From the NCBI RefSeq assembly GCF_004010195.1, contig NC_057749.1, positions 25,827,044 to 25,848,611 of the forward strand: a DNA stretch of 21,568 nt, in the 5' to 3' direction. How positions within the stretch are numbered: the stretch's first letter is position 1; each line of letters starts with the position of its first letter. Positions 8,941 to 18,922 of the stretch are shown piece after piece. The notes beneath the pieces are model-generated. The model had not been told where the DNA came from. It saw only the letters and a list, made by a program, of their open reading frames with translations, and ran no database searches. A program made the position numbers and the translations under genes. This DNA comes from Chiloscyllium plagiosum (Eukaryota).

Positions 8941-9897
8941 GATCTGCTGATTAGAATCTTAGCTAAATTTCTTCATTAATTCCGTAATAGTTACGTTGGG
9001 TTGTGAGGTTTAACTTGCTTACTTTGAAGGGTCTTATTTTGGTTGTTACAAGCAATAAAGTTTAAATCATTGTTTTAGTACTTGATTGTGAGATCCCTTA
9101 ATAAGTAGCCAAATTAAAACTAGCTTGTGGTAACTTACACACAGCAGCATGTAACCACAAAGGAAAAGTAGGCCAAACAAATCCAGAGCTACCTGGATGT
9201 GAAATGAAATAGAAATTAACATAAAGGAGAAACTTGTCACTGAACTGCGACTTCAATTTTTTAATTCATAGAATCATCTGCATTTCTCTCTGTGATCCGA
9301 TTAGCTTATGATCACAGTTGAAGTTCACAACACCCTTTTCTTGATCAAGAGGTTTCAAGGTGAATACCAGCTCCAGCATCCACTACATTGCAACCTCATA
9401 GTTGTCTATTTTCAGTCAACTTACTTGGATTCTGTCTGCTCACCTGGGGTTTGCATGTGTTACATCTAACTCACTGCAGAAATGCAACATTTCCATTTTT
9501 GATGTCTATGTTGATGCTAGTGTGGTCAAAAGAATATGCATTGTAATCATTGTTCTTCGGCCAGATGATCTTGGCAGGAATCAGAATCCCCTAGACTGGC
9601 CGAACAGTTGTAGTAGTGATCTTAGCAATCCATAGATTGCGATGTCTGGATCTTGCTGATGTTAAGTTGTGAAATGTAACTTATTGAATCCTATTTGTGC
9701 TAACTGCTGGAAGCTGGAGGGAGGGAACCCCCTCTCCCTAGCACTACACTTTTGTCTCACAATGCTCTCTGAGATCAAGTCACTCAGCAGTATAAAAATA
9801 TTGGGCAAAAGTGAGGACTGCCAGATGCTGGAAACCAGAGTTTAGATCACAGTGGTGCTGGAAAAGCACAGCAGGTCAAGCAGCATCCGAGGAGCAG

Positions 9898-9936
9898 GAA
9901 AATCGATGTTTCAGGCAAAAGCCTTTCATCAGGAAT
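9898..9936 (-). ncRNA. Minimal type-I hammerhead ribozyme-like motif in the PLE terminal repeat
   Basis: Minus strand AUUC-CUGAUGA-A-AGGC-UUUU-GCCU-GAAAC-AUCGAUU: both conserved core boxes and a 4-bp stem II. Stem III is vestigial, as in known PLE-associated hammerheads. Activity not shown. Confidence 0.6.
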
Positions 9937-9955
9937 AGAGGCAGGGAGCCTGCAG

Positions 9956-10426
9956 NNNNNNNNNNNNNNNNNNNNNNNNNNNNNNNNNNNNNNNNNNNNN
10001 NNNNNNNNNNNNNNNNNNNNNNNNNNNNNNNNNNNNNNNNNNNNNNNNNNNNNNNNNNNNNNNNNNNNNNNNNNNNNNNNNNNNNNNNNNNNNNNNNNNN
10101 NNNNNNNNNNNNNNNNNNNNNNNNNNNNNNNNNNNNNNNNNNNNNNNNNNNNNNNNNNNNNNNNNNNNNNNNNNNNNNNNNNNNNNNNNNNNNNNNNNNN
10201 NNNNNNNNNNNNNNNNNNNNNNNNNNNNNNNNNNNNNNNNNNNNNNNNNNNNNNNNNNNNNNNNNNNNNNNNNNNNNNNNNNNNNNNNNNNNNNNNNNNN
10301 NNNNNNNNNNNNNNNNNNNNNNNNNNNNNNNNNNNNNNNNNNNNNNNNNNNNNNNNNNNNNNNNNNNNNNNNNNNNNNNNNNNNNNNNNNNNNNNNNNNN
10401 NNNNNNNNNNNNNNNNNNNNNNNNNN
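9956..10426. other. Assembly gap (471 N)
   Basis: Run of n. Confidence 1.
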
Positions 10427-11969
10427 GAGTGGAGAGATAAATGAGAGGGGGGGGGGGGAGAAAGTAGCATAGAGTACAATAGGTGAATGGGGGTGGGGAT
10501 GGAGGTCAGAGAGGAGGGTGGGGGAAGGGAGCAAACAGTACATAGGTGAATGGGTGGGGATGGAGGTGATAGGTCAGAGAGGAGGGTGGAGCGGATAGGT
10601 GGGAAGGGAGATTGGCCGGTAGGATAGGTCATGAGGACAGTGGTGAGCCGGAAGGTTGGAACTGGGGTAAGGTGGGGGGAGGGGAAATGAGGAAACTGTT
10701 GAAGTCCACATTGATGCCCTGGGGTTGAAGTATTCCAAGGCAGAAGATGAGGCATTCTTCCTCCAGGCGTCGGGTGGTGAGGGAGCGGCGGTGGAGGAGG
10801 CCCAGAATCCGCTTGTCCTCGGCAGAGTGGAGGGGGAGTTGAAATGTTGGGCCACAGGGCAGTGGGGTTGATTGGTGCGGGTGTCCCGGGAGATGTTCCC
10901 TAAAGCGCTCTGCGAGGAGGCATCAAATCTCCCAATGTAGAGGGGACCGTATTGGGAGCAACGGATACAATTAGTGACATTGGTGGATGTGCAGGTGAAA
11001 TTTTGATGGATGTGGAAGGCTGCTTTGGGGCCTTGGATGGTGGTGAGGGAGGAGGTGTGGGCGCAGGTTTTGCAATTCCTGTGGCGGCAGGGGAGGGTGC
11101 CAGGATGGAGGATGGGTTGTTGGGGGGTGTGGACTTGACCAGGTAGTCACGGAGGGAACGGTCTTTGCGGAAAGCGGAAAGAGGTGGGGAGGGAAATATA
11201 TCTCTGGTGGTGGGGTCTGTTTGTAGGTGGCGGAAATGTCAGCGGATGATGCGGTTAATGCGAAGGTTGGTAGTGTGGAAAGTGAGGACCAGGGTGGTTC
11301 TGTCCTTGTTACGGTTGGAGGGGTGGGGTTTGAGGGCGGAGGTGTGGGATGTGGATGAGGTGAGTTGGAGGGCATCTTTAACCACGTGGGAAGGGAAATT
11401 GGGGTCTCTAAAGAAGGAGGCCATCTGGTGTGTTCTGTGGTGAAACTGGTCCTCCTGGGAGCAGATACAGTGGAGGAGAGGAATTGGGAATACGGGATGG
11501 CATTTTTGCAGGAGGCAGGGTGGGATGAGGTGTAATCCAGGTAGCTGTGGGAGTCGGTGGGTTTGTAAAAAAGTGTCGGTGTCAAGTCGGTCATCATTAA
11601 TGGAGATGGAGAGGTCCAGGAAAGGGAGGGAGGTGTCAGAGATGGTCCAGGTGAATTTAAGGTCGGGGTGGAATGTGTTGGTGAAGTTGATGAACTGCTC
11701 AATCTCCTCGCGGGAGCACGAGGTGGCACCAATGTAGTCATCAATGTAGCAGAGGAAGAGCTGGGGAGTGGTGCCAGTGTAACTACAGAAGGTGGACTGT
11801 TCTACGTAGCCAATAAAGGGACAGGCATAGCTGGGGCTCATATGGGTGCCCATGGCTACCCCTTTGGTCTGGAGGAAATGGGAGGATTCGAAGGAGAAAT
11901 TGTTGAGGGTGAGGAGCATGACTATATCTTCCAGAGGCCTATAACTGACCTTGAGGTGTTGCCCATATT

Positions 11970-12076
11970 GAGTCAGACATAGCGCAGAAAAAGGCCCTTT
12001 CGGCCATCAAGTCCATGTCACCCAGTTTATCATCTTAGCCCTGCAAGTCTATTCCCTTCAAATCTCCATCCAATTC
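11970..12076 (-). mobile_element. Degenerate CR1 tail fragment
   Basis: gagtcagacatagcgcagaaaaaggccctttcggccatcaagtccatg matches the CR1 tail in reverse orientation. Confidence 0.55.
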
Positions 12077-12160
12077 AGGGAACATTCTTTCAAGAGTAAT
12101 ATAGAGGATTCCCAAGCCTGAATCACTGTCGCACAAGTTGACTGGAGACTTTAAAAATAC

Positions 12161-12238
12161 CTCTTTGACCAACTTTTTTACTGCTTGTTTCTTGGATGGT
12201 TCAATGTCACAATGCATCTTTGGTTGTTTTTCCACATG
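12161..12238 (-). other. Candidate exon (78 nt)
   Basis: Minus: aacttgcatttgtttAG | catgtgg...caaagag | GTattt. Length is a multiple of 3 and the phase-0 frame is open (HVEKQPKMHCDIEPSKKQAVKKLVKE). Confidence 0.35.
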
Positions 12239-12515
12239 CTAAACAAATGCAAGTTATTGCTGGTGATAATACTGAAAAGTAACAATTACAGGCTCCCTGA
12301 ATAAAGCAGTCTAACACCTTTCAACTTGCTACAACTTCAAGTTAACTCTAGGATAATGCTAAACCTGAATTATAAACTATGACGGTGGATCTTCACCTAC
12401 ACACATATTTTAAAGAAATTAATTTGCAAAAGCAGTATATAGTCAATTATTTAACATTTCATGCTTCCTTTGATCTCTTGCATGCGTGCACACACACCAT
12501 AGAGCAAGCTCTCAC

Positions 12516-12614
12516 TCTGTGAGAATTTGACTGAAAGATCTGCAGTGGAGAGATTTTGAATCAACCTCTTCAAAGCCCTTGTTATAAACTGGCCAGTGAG
12601 AAGCAAAGCTCCAT
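12516..12614 (-). other. Candidate exon (99 nt; alternative donor gives 12498-12614, 117 nt)
   Basis: Minus: tacatatttAG | atggagct...cacaga | GTgaga. Two frames open, e.g. DGALLLTGQFITRALKRLIQNLSTADLSVKFSQ. Confidence 0.35.
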
Positions 12615-12756
12615 CTAAATATGTACCCAGTAACAATTATAGGTTTCAGCCAATGAGTGTTTTCCATTTATATAAGCCACTTGAGAGACCTGATAACCAG
12701 AGTTCCTTATCTATTTAATCATTACCAGATGATCTTTCAGTTCAGTCAGTGTTTAC

Positions 12757-12877
12757 CCTCCATCTGTTGTACCACTCTGGGCTTCATCAACCACACTTTA
12801 GCTAATTTCTGAAGTGTATCTGCTCGTGGTTTGGTAGAATTTCCATTTGCTCAGCGAGGTTTGTCGGGTTAGGATGC
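12757..12877 (-). other. Candidate exon (121 nt)
   Basis: Strong acceptor atttctcttactttctgttatAG, donor gagg | GTaaac. All three frames contain at least one stop. Confidence 0.35.
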
Positions 12878-13167
12878 CTATAACAGAAAGTAAGAGAAAT
12901 AACAAGATTTCGTCACATGTTGGATAACAAGTAAAGTCTGATACCTTTACCAATTAGATAAAAGTTGATGCAAGTTTTTAAATTATTTTGAATGCCTAGC
13001 AGGCGAAAATACCAATTTAGGCAATTCTCCAGGTTGTGAATGGGTTATGTTTCTGAGTTTCTTCACAAGTCAATTTGTACACGTGTGGGAACACAATGCT
13101 GGACAATAAAAAGCAGACATTTATAAGTACAGGAAATGCATGTGTGTTGGATATTTAAAATTACTTT

Positions 13168-13973
13168 CATTCATTGATTCATTGGTGGTCCTTCACAGAT
13201 AAAGATGACTCTCAGGGTGAGTCTGTGGGTGCCTGGACAGACAGATGTGGCTACTGCAGGCTCTGTTATACATGGGCAGGTGGTGGTCATGCGAAAGGGG
13301 TGGGTGGGACATTGGTGAGGCAGCGCGCTCCTTACGCTGCTTCACAACCACCACCCCCACCCTACCCTGCCCCAGACTTTGCTTTTTTCTGACAGCAACT
13401 CTCCAGGTGCTTGACACCTTCATGGATGCTCCTCCCCCATTTTGGACGATCTAAAATCAGTGATTCCCAGGTGTCTATGGAAATGCTGCACTTGCCCAGT
13501 GAGGCCTTGAGGGTATCCCTGAGGCGATTCCTCTGTCCCACCTAGGGCTGGCCTGCCGTTGTGGCGCTGGGAATAAAGCACCTGGTTGGGAAGCCTTCTG
13601 TCGGTCATGGGGACGATGTACCCAGCCCATCGCAGCCCATCAAGGGGGGTTGGGGGGGGTGTCAGTGCCTCAATGCTGGAGACATTGACCTGGTCAAGGA
13701 CGGTGGTGTTGGTGTGCTGTCCTCCCAGTGGATGGGCAGGATCTTGCTCAGGCAGCATCCAGTGCCTTGAGGTGTCTGCTGTAGACAGTCCACATCTCAG
13801 AGCCAAAAAGGAGGGAAGGAATCACTACAACACTGTATGGGACCAAGTCCAGTGGATGGGCAGGATCTTGCTCAGGCAGCATCCAGTGCCTTGAGGTGTC
13901 TGCTGTAGACAGTCCACATCTCAGAGCCAAAAAAGGAGGGAAGGAATCACTACAACACTGTATGGGACCAAGT
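13168..13973 (-). mobile_element. RTE-clade LINE 3' fragment
   Basis: Minus peptides 'YSVVVIPSLLFGSEMWTVYSRHLKAL' and 'TNTTVLDQVNVSSIEAL...LRWAGYIVPMTDRRLPNQVLYSQ' match the RTE ORF C-terminus; the tail is (tgaa)n-like at 13168-13184. Confidence 0.88.
13725..13973. repeat. Near-perfect 124/125-bp tandem duplication
   Basis: 13725-13848 and 13849-13973 are identical except for an A5 vs A6 run. Confidence 0.95.
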
Positions 13974-14211
13974 GTGTAAGCACAAGCGTTTATAAATTTA
14001 TAAATCAGGACCCTCTGTAATAAAATCATTGTGGGAGGGGACAGTGTTAAAAATGTATCAAAAAGAATGAGGGCTGAGCAACGAAGCGAATCTCAAAACC
14101 ATTCCCCCACGTGCCTATTTCTGGAAGCTTTGAAGTGAGCTGACAGCACAATGGAAATACAGTTCCCACTAGACTTGTCAAAATAAGGATTACAAAATAT
14201 TTTATCCTGAC

Positions 14212-14260
14212 CTTGTGCAGAAGGTGGATATCTCTCAATGAGACATCTGTCATGAGGCAT
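14212..14260 (-). other. Candidate exon (49 nt)
   Basis: Minus: ttctttttcccttaaatggacacAG | atgcc...cacaag | GTcagg; two open frames. The pyrimidine tract abuts a SINE tail. Confidence 0.25.
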
Positions 14261-14283
14261 CTGTGTCCATTTAAGGGAAAAAG

Positions 14284-14676
14284 AATTGTTACTATATAGC
14301 ACTTTTCACAAACTCACGATCGAACAAAGCAGTGAAGTAATTTATGAAGAATTGTTGCAATAGTAATGTAGAATGCGCAACAGATAATTTGGACCTCGTA
14401 AACTGCAGCAAAGTGATAATGTCCAGATTTACTAGAGTTCATTGTGAGGGGTGGGGAACAAATATTTTCCCTGGTCACTGGGGAGAACTTCCTGATCTTT
14501 CCCGGAATCCTATGAGAGGGTGATAGGATCTCAATTATGCCTCATCTGAAAGGTGATCAGCTGATGATACTTTACCACATCGGAACTTAGGAGATATGTT
14601 CTTGTCTCTGATGGGAACTTTGAATTGTAACCTTCTTACTTTCCTACAAAGTTCCTATCACTGAGTCACACTGACT
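14284..14676 (-). mobile_element. Deu-domain SINE (SacSINE1-like), old
   Basis: L2-like tail tatatagcacttttcac, core motifs gtgataatgtccagat, ggggagaact and tctcaattatgcctcatctgaaag, and tRNA head gggaactttgaattgtaaccttct...cactgagtcac, all in reverse orientation. Confidence 0.7.
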
Positions 14677-14799
14677 GTACGAATGGTTTATTATGTTCTC
14701 GGTTAGGCAATGTATCACAGTCCGAAGATTTTCCGACATTCCATGTGTAAGATGCAAGAGGTAAAAATGTAACCAAATCCAACAGAATGTCGGAATTCA

Positions 14800-14878
14800 G
14801 TAATAAAAACAGAAAGTGCTGGAAATACTCAATTATCAGGTAGCTTTTGTGGAGAGAGAAACAGAGTTAATGCTTCAA
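14800..14878 (-). mobile_element. Older PLE-terminal-repeat element, truncated by a CR1 insertion
   Basis: aaaacagaaagtgctggaaatactc...tgtggagagagaaacagagttaatgcttca is homologous to 3370-3445. Confidence 0.75.
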
Positions 14879-15328
14879 GTCATAGAGTCACCGAGATACA
14901 CAGCACGGAAACAGACCCTTCAGTCCAACTTGTCCATGCCAACCAGATATCCCATATTAATCTAGTCCCGTTTGTCAGTATTTGGCCCACATCCTTCTAA
15001 ACCCTTCCTATTCATATACCCATCCACAGGCCTTTTCAATGTTGTAATCGTACCAGCCTGCACCAGTTCCTCTGGCAGCTCATTCTATACACACACCACC
15101 GGCATGAAAACATTGCCCCTTAAGTCCCTTTTAAATCCTTCCTCTCTCACCTTAAACCAATGCCCTCTAGCTTTGGACTGCCCTATCCTGGAGAAAAGAC
15201 CTTGCGTATTCACTCTATCCATGCCCCACATGATTTTGTAAACATCTCAGATCACCCCTCAGCCTTTGAAGTTACAGGGGAAACAGCCCCAGCTTATTCA
15301 GCCTCTCCCTGTAGCTCAAACCCTCCAA
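14879..15328 (-). mobile_element. HER1/CR1 LINE 3' fragment
   Basis: Colinear with 7515-7965 (gtcatagagtca...cagcacggaaacagacccttcagtccaac...tagctcaaaccctcc). Confidence 0.93.
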
Positions 15329-15654
15329 GTCTGTTGCACAGAGCAGTTTTCCTGAAAGGGTTAACTCAGAAGCTTTGGAAGAGCTCTGCCCACAAATATA
15401 AAAATGACTTTCTGTGAGGAGCTGCCATTTTTATTATCAGTCCTGCAATCTACAGTCATGTAGCATAGACGTAATCACTACCTCTCAGGAGACCATCATA
15501 TCTCTTATCCATTGTTAATGTAGTTAACTTGTCTTAAGCTAACCCAACTTATTATCTTATTACTTGTAAAAGAAACAAGACAACAGAGTGCAGATTCAAA
15601 GTGCTCTGCAAAAGAAGCAAGGGTGAAGTGAGGAAAAACTTTATCATACACCAG

Positions 15655-15815
15655 GTGGTTAGGGTATGAACAAGTTGGCATGGACAAGTTGGACTGAAGG
15701 GTCTGTTATGCTCCAGTGAAAAAAGCAGGAGTAGGCGCTGGAGTAACGATGCTCATTTAATGAGTTATTGCAAGCACGATGGTCCGACTGGCCTTCTTCA
15801 GCAATGTAACAATGT
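15655..15815 (+). mobile_element. Two short CR1 tail remnants
   Basis: ggcatggacaagttggactgaagggtctgtt (15677-15707) and gcacgatggtccgactggccttcttcagcaatgtaac (15774-15810). Confidence 0.55.
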
Positions 15816-15969
15816 AATCAGATTGTCTATGAAACAAAGCAAGGCCTGGAGAAGGATAATAGGTTATAAATAAGGATTGTCTTTTGTAAAAACAGACAAA
15901 TGGGGGATGGAGAGGAAAGGACTGACTGACTCAAAATACAGAAGCAGCCAAACACGTTTCAGGGAGATT

Positions 15970-16145
15970 CCAGTTGGCTGTGGGAAGGCCGTGAGTGTCA
16001 GGCGACCAATAGCAGGGGTGTGGCGTTTGGCAGGAGGAGATTATGTGAGGGCCCCTCCAGAAATACGCCCAGTTAAAATCGGAAGTTCATGCGGATTGTA
16101 ATAAACGACCTTTTCTCCTCGTCACCATGGAGAATGAGTCAGGAA
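15970..16145 (+). promoter_or_regulatory. Promoter/enhancer-like motif cluster
   Basis: CCAAT box gaccaatag (16004-16012), GC/KLF box ggggtgtggc (16015-16024), ETS cggaagt (16080-16086), RFX X-box-like gtcaccatggagaa (16121-16134), AP-1 tgagtca (16135-16141). Locally CpG-retaining, non-repeat sequence. Confidence 0.4.
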
Positions 16146-16220
16146 GGAGCAGCAGCTGTGCACATGGAGATGAGAATCAACCTTTATCTGTGTTGCCTAC
16201 TGCAATGACAGGCCACTCAC

Positions 16221-16245
16221 AACCTTCCTCATATTTGTAGCAAAG
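16221..16245 (-). other. Candidate 25-nt micro-exon
   Basis: Minus: ttgatttcttaaacAG | ctttgctacaaatatgaggaaggtt | GTgagt. Confidence 0.25.
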
Positions 16246-16634
16246 CTGTTTAAGAAATCAATTGTGGTTTGCCTTATGACTAACCTCACTGCATTTACTA
16301 CCCAAACTCGCTGTGCTCAGATTTCTGTTCACTGCCTCCGGTACATCCCTCCTCAACCTAACCCAAAACCCACCTCCTTTGATCTCACACAGCGCAAACT
16401 GAAGAGAGGATTCAATGAACTTTGTGTCTATGTGGAACACAGCGAGGTTTCCACTGTCCCACCCACTCAGCCCCTTGGTGGGGCTATTCAGTGATCCACA
16501 AGTGGGACTGGGTTTTAGATAAAGTGGCAGGCATCTCCCCATCACCACCCCCCACCCCAGCATCTAGGTAAATAAAGCACTTCAGCCAAACACCAACCAA
16601 GTGCTCACCACCAATGACTAATATTATTAAACTC

Positions 16635-16990
16635 GAGAGGGTTCAAAAGAGATTTACCAGAATGTTGCTAGGCTTGGAAGGTTTAAGTTATTAGGAAAAG
16701 CTGGATAAACTGGGACTTTTTTCACTGGAGCATAAGAGGTAGAGGGGTGACCTTTATAGAATCGTGAGGGGTTCAGATAAAGTGGATGGTAGGTGTCTTT
16801 TCCCCAGGATGGGGAATTTCAAGCCTAGGGAGCTTGAAATCCCCCATGATAAGTTCATGAATAGGAAATGTTTGGAGGGATATGGGCCAAGCACAGGCAG
16901 GTGGGACTAACTTAGTTTGAGATTAGGGTCAGCATGGACTGGTTGGATTAAAGGGCCTGTTTCCTTGCTATATGACTCAGTGACTATGAC
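16635..16990 (+). mobile_element. HER1/CR1 3' fragment with internal deletion
   Basis: gagagggttcaaaagagatttaccagaatgttgctagg (ERVQKRFTRML) through the tail aagggcctgtttccttgctatatgactcagtgactatgac; the segment encoding 'GH...FKRHL' is missing. Confidence 0.9.
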
Positions 16991-17028
16991 ACCAAACTGT
17001 AGGAAACTTTGCCTTAGGCACAAACTTT

Positions 17029-17307
17029 GCCCAACCAGTCCACACCGAGCCTCCGAAGAGTAACCCACCGAGACCCATTTCCCTCTGACTAATGCACCTA
17101 ACACTACGGGCAATTTAGCATGGCCAATCCACCTGATCTGCACATCTTTGGACTGTGGGAGGAAACCGGAGCACCCGGAGGAAACCCATGCAGACATGGG
17201 GAGAATGTGCAAACTCCACACAAATAAGTTTGCCCAAGGCTGGAATTGAACCTGGGTCCCTGGTGCTGTGAGACAGCAGTGCTAACTACTGAGCCACCAT
17301 GCCACCC
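17029..17307 (-). mobile_element. HE1-type V-SINE missing the extreme 3' tail
   Basis: rc gggtggcatggtggctcagtagttagcactgctgtctcacagcaccagggacccaggttcaattcc plus V-core. Confidence 0.93.
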
Positions 17308-17504
17308 ACGGTGGGGACCATGGGATCTGGACCATGTAAACTTGCACAATCTATCATTACGTCCAAGGAAGTTTGTGCCTTCATGATAAATGGTAAAGAC
17401 CACCTTCGATTGTCTTGCCTTGTGTCTCCATCCCCAACATGCAACCTGAGTTCCCCATCTTCTACATTCTCCATTATAGCCCAATGCCACTTGAAAGAGG
17501 GAAT

Positions 17505-17800
17505 GACTCGTAATTGCATAGCACCTGACACCACCTCAAAGCCATTTACTGCAAAGATGTAGTCACTGGTGTAACCTGGGAAGCAGAGAAGCCTCATGTA
17601 CAGAGCAAGATCCCATGAACAACAATGGACTGATGACCAGTTTTCTTTTGCAATGCCCACTGAGGGGATACACATCAACAATAACTTCACTGCTTTGTAA
17701 CTAAACAGTACCATCATTCCACCACTGTTAATGCTTAACCCCTGCAGTGGAACTTGAACCTAGGTACTTCATGATTTAGACAGGACTAACTCCCCTCAGC
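17505..17800 (-). mobile_element. Deu-domain SINE remnant
   Basis: gatgtagtcactggtgtaa...agcaagatcccatgaacaacaatg..tgatgaccag...gtggaacttgaacc, colinear with the reverse complement of 17965-18800. Confidence 0.6.
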
Positions 17801-18051
17801 TCGCATGCTGCAGCCAATTGTAGTATCGATGCTGTTCTCTGAGCTCAAAACAGGTAACAGCACTGTTCTGAGATTTAACCCATGACCTCCATAGGCTGTA
17901 TGAGGCAAGATGGTGCATGATAGTCCATTAACTTTGGTATCAGCTTGTCTCAGGGGCTTGGGTCTGTGTCAAAACATTGTGAGTTTAAGTCCCACTCAAG
18001 AGCTTAAGCATAAAAATCAAGGCCAACGATCCTACACCTGTACAAGGTGCC

Positions 18052-18223
18052 ACGAGGACAATTACAACATTTAAAAGACATTTGGACCAGTACTTGGATA
18101 ATAAAGTTTTGGAGGGATATGGGCCAAATGCAGGAAATGGAGCAGTTCAGTTTAGGACGTCTGGTCAGCATGGACAAGTTGGGCTGAAGGGTCTGTTTCC
18201 GTCGTGTATGATTTTATGCTTAT
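18052..18223 (+). mobile_element. CR1 3' fragment
   Basis: acaattacaacatttaaaagacatttggac...gcatggacaagttgggctgaagggtctgtttccgtcgtgtatgattttatg. Confidence 0.88.
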
Positions 18224-18314
18224 GATGGGATGCTAAACTGAAGCTGTGTCCCCTATGTGATGGACATTAAACACCCCATGGCAGCATTTTGAAGACAATC
18301 AGGAGACTTATCCT

Positions 18315-18616
18315 GAGTCACAGTTATACAGCACGGAAACAGTCCAACCCGTCCATGCCAACCAGGTCTCCCAAATTAAACTTGTCTCATTTGCCTGCAT
18401 TTGTCCCATATCCCTCTAAACCTTTCCTATTCATGTACCTGACAATGTCTTTTAAATATTTTAACTGTACTTGCCTCTAATATTTTTTCTGTAGTTCATT
18501 CCATACATGCACCATCCTCTGAGTGAAGAAGTTGCCCCCTCAGGTCCCTTTTAAATCTTTCCCCTCTCACCTTAAACCTCTGGTTTTGAACTCCCATACA
18601 TTGGGGAAAAGACCTT
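18315..18616 (-). mobile_element. CR1 3' fragment
   Basis: gagtcacagttatacagcacggaaacag...catatccctctaaacctttcctattcatgtacc...ggggaaaagacc, colinear with 14879-15200. Confidence 0.88.
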
Positions 18617-18922
18617 TGCCTGGCCAATGTTTATCCTTTAATCATCATTTAAAAACTGGGTTTTCTGGCCATTATCGCATTGTGGGAGTTTGGTGTGCAC
18701 ATTCTGGCTGATGTGTTTCCTGTGACTACACTTCACAATTACTTCATTAGCCTCATGGTGGTTTGTGACCTCCTGTTTTCGTGAAGGGTATTTGTTTATC
18801 ATGTTTCAAAATAGAATGTTAGATTTTCTTTGTTGAACACTTCTAACTGTACATTATTACCGGCAGAACTTAAATATTTTATTTCAATCGTGATCGCAAA
18901 AAGAGAGAAGTACAGCTCTAAC

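Larger units (their letters stand above)
9805..11915 (-). mobile_element. Penelope-like element (Neptune-type), 5' truncated and decayed, spanning the assembly gap
   Basis: RT motifs 'NNFSFESSHFLQTKGVAMGTHMSPSYA...YIDD' (11239-11919), 'YKPTDSHSYLDYTSSHP..CKNAIPYSQF', and a GIY-YIG remnant 'FTCTSTNV..CIRCSQYGPLYIG' (~10930-11000). G-rich 3' region and terminal repeat at 9805-9955. Several frameshifts. Confidence 0.93.
17965..18800 (+). mobile_element. Deu-domain SINE split by two CR1 insertions
   Basis: Head gtgagtttaagtcccactc...aaaaatcaaggc; middle gatgggatgctaaactga...ccatggcagcattttgaag (18224-18314); 3' part tggccaatgtttatcc...tgtgggagtttggtgtgcac...acttcattag (18618-18800). Confidence 0.7.

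Noticed and set aside
9402..9635. 77-aa plus ORF and minus-strand donor-like sites near 9420 and 9440
   Set aside because: No recognisable homology and no convincing acceptor/frame combination; left unassigned.
9811..10755. Long ORFs of 204-302 aa in the track
   Set aside because: They run through the N gap and low-complexity PLE 3' sequence; artefacts.
13725..13973. CRISPR-like or other prokaryotic repeat system
   Set aside because: Only two adjacent units with no spacers; the whole window is vertebrate repeat DNA.
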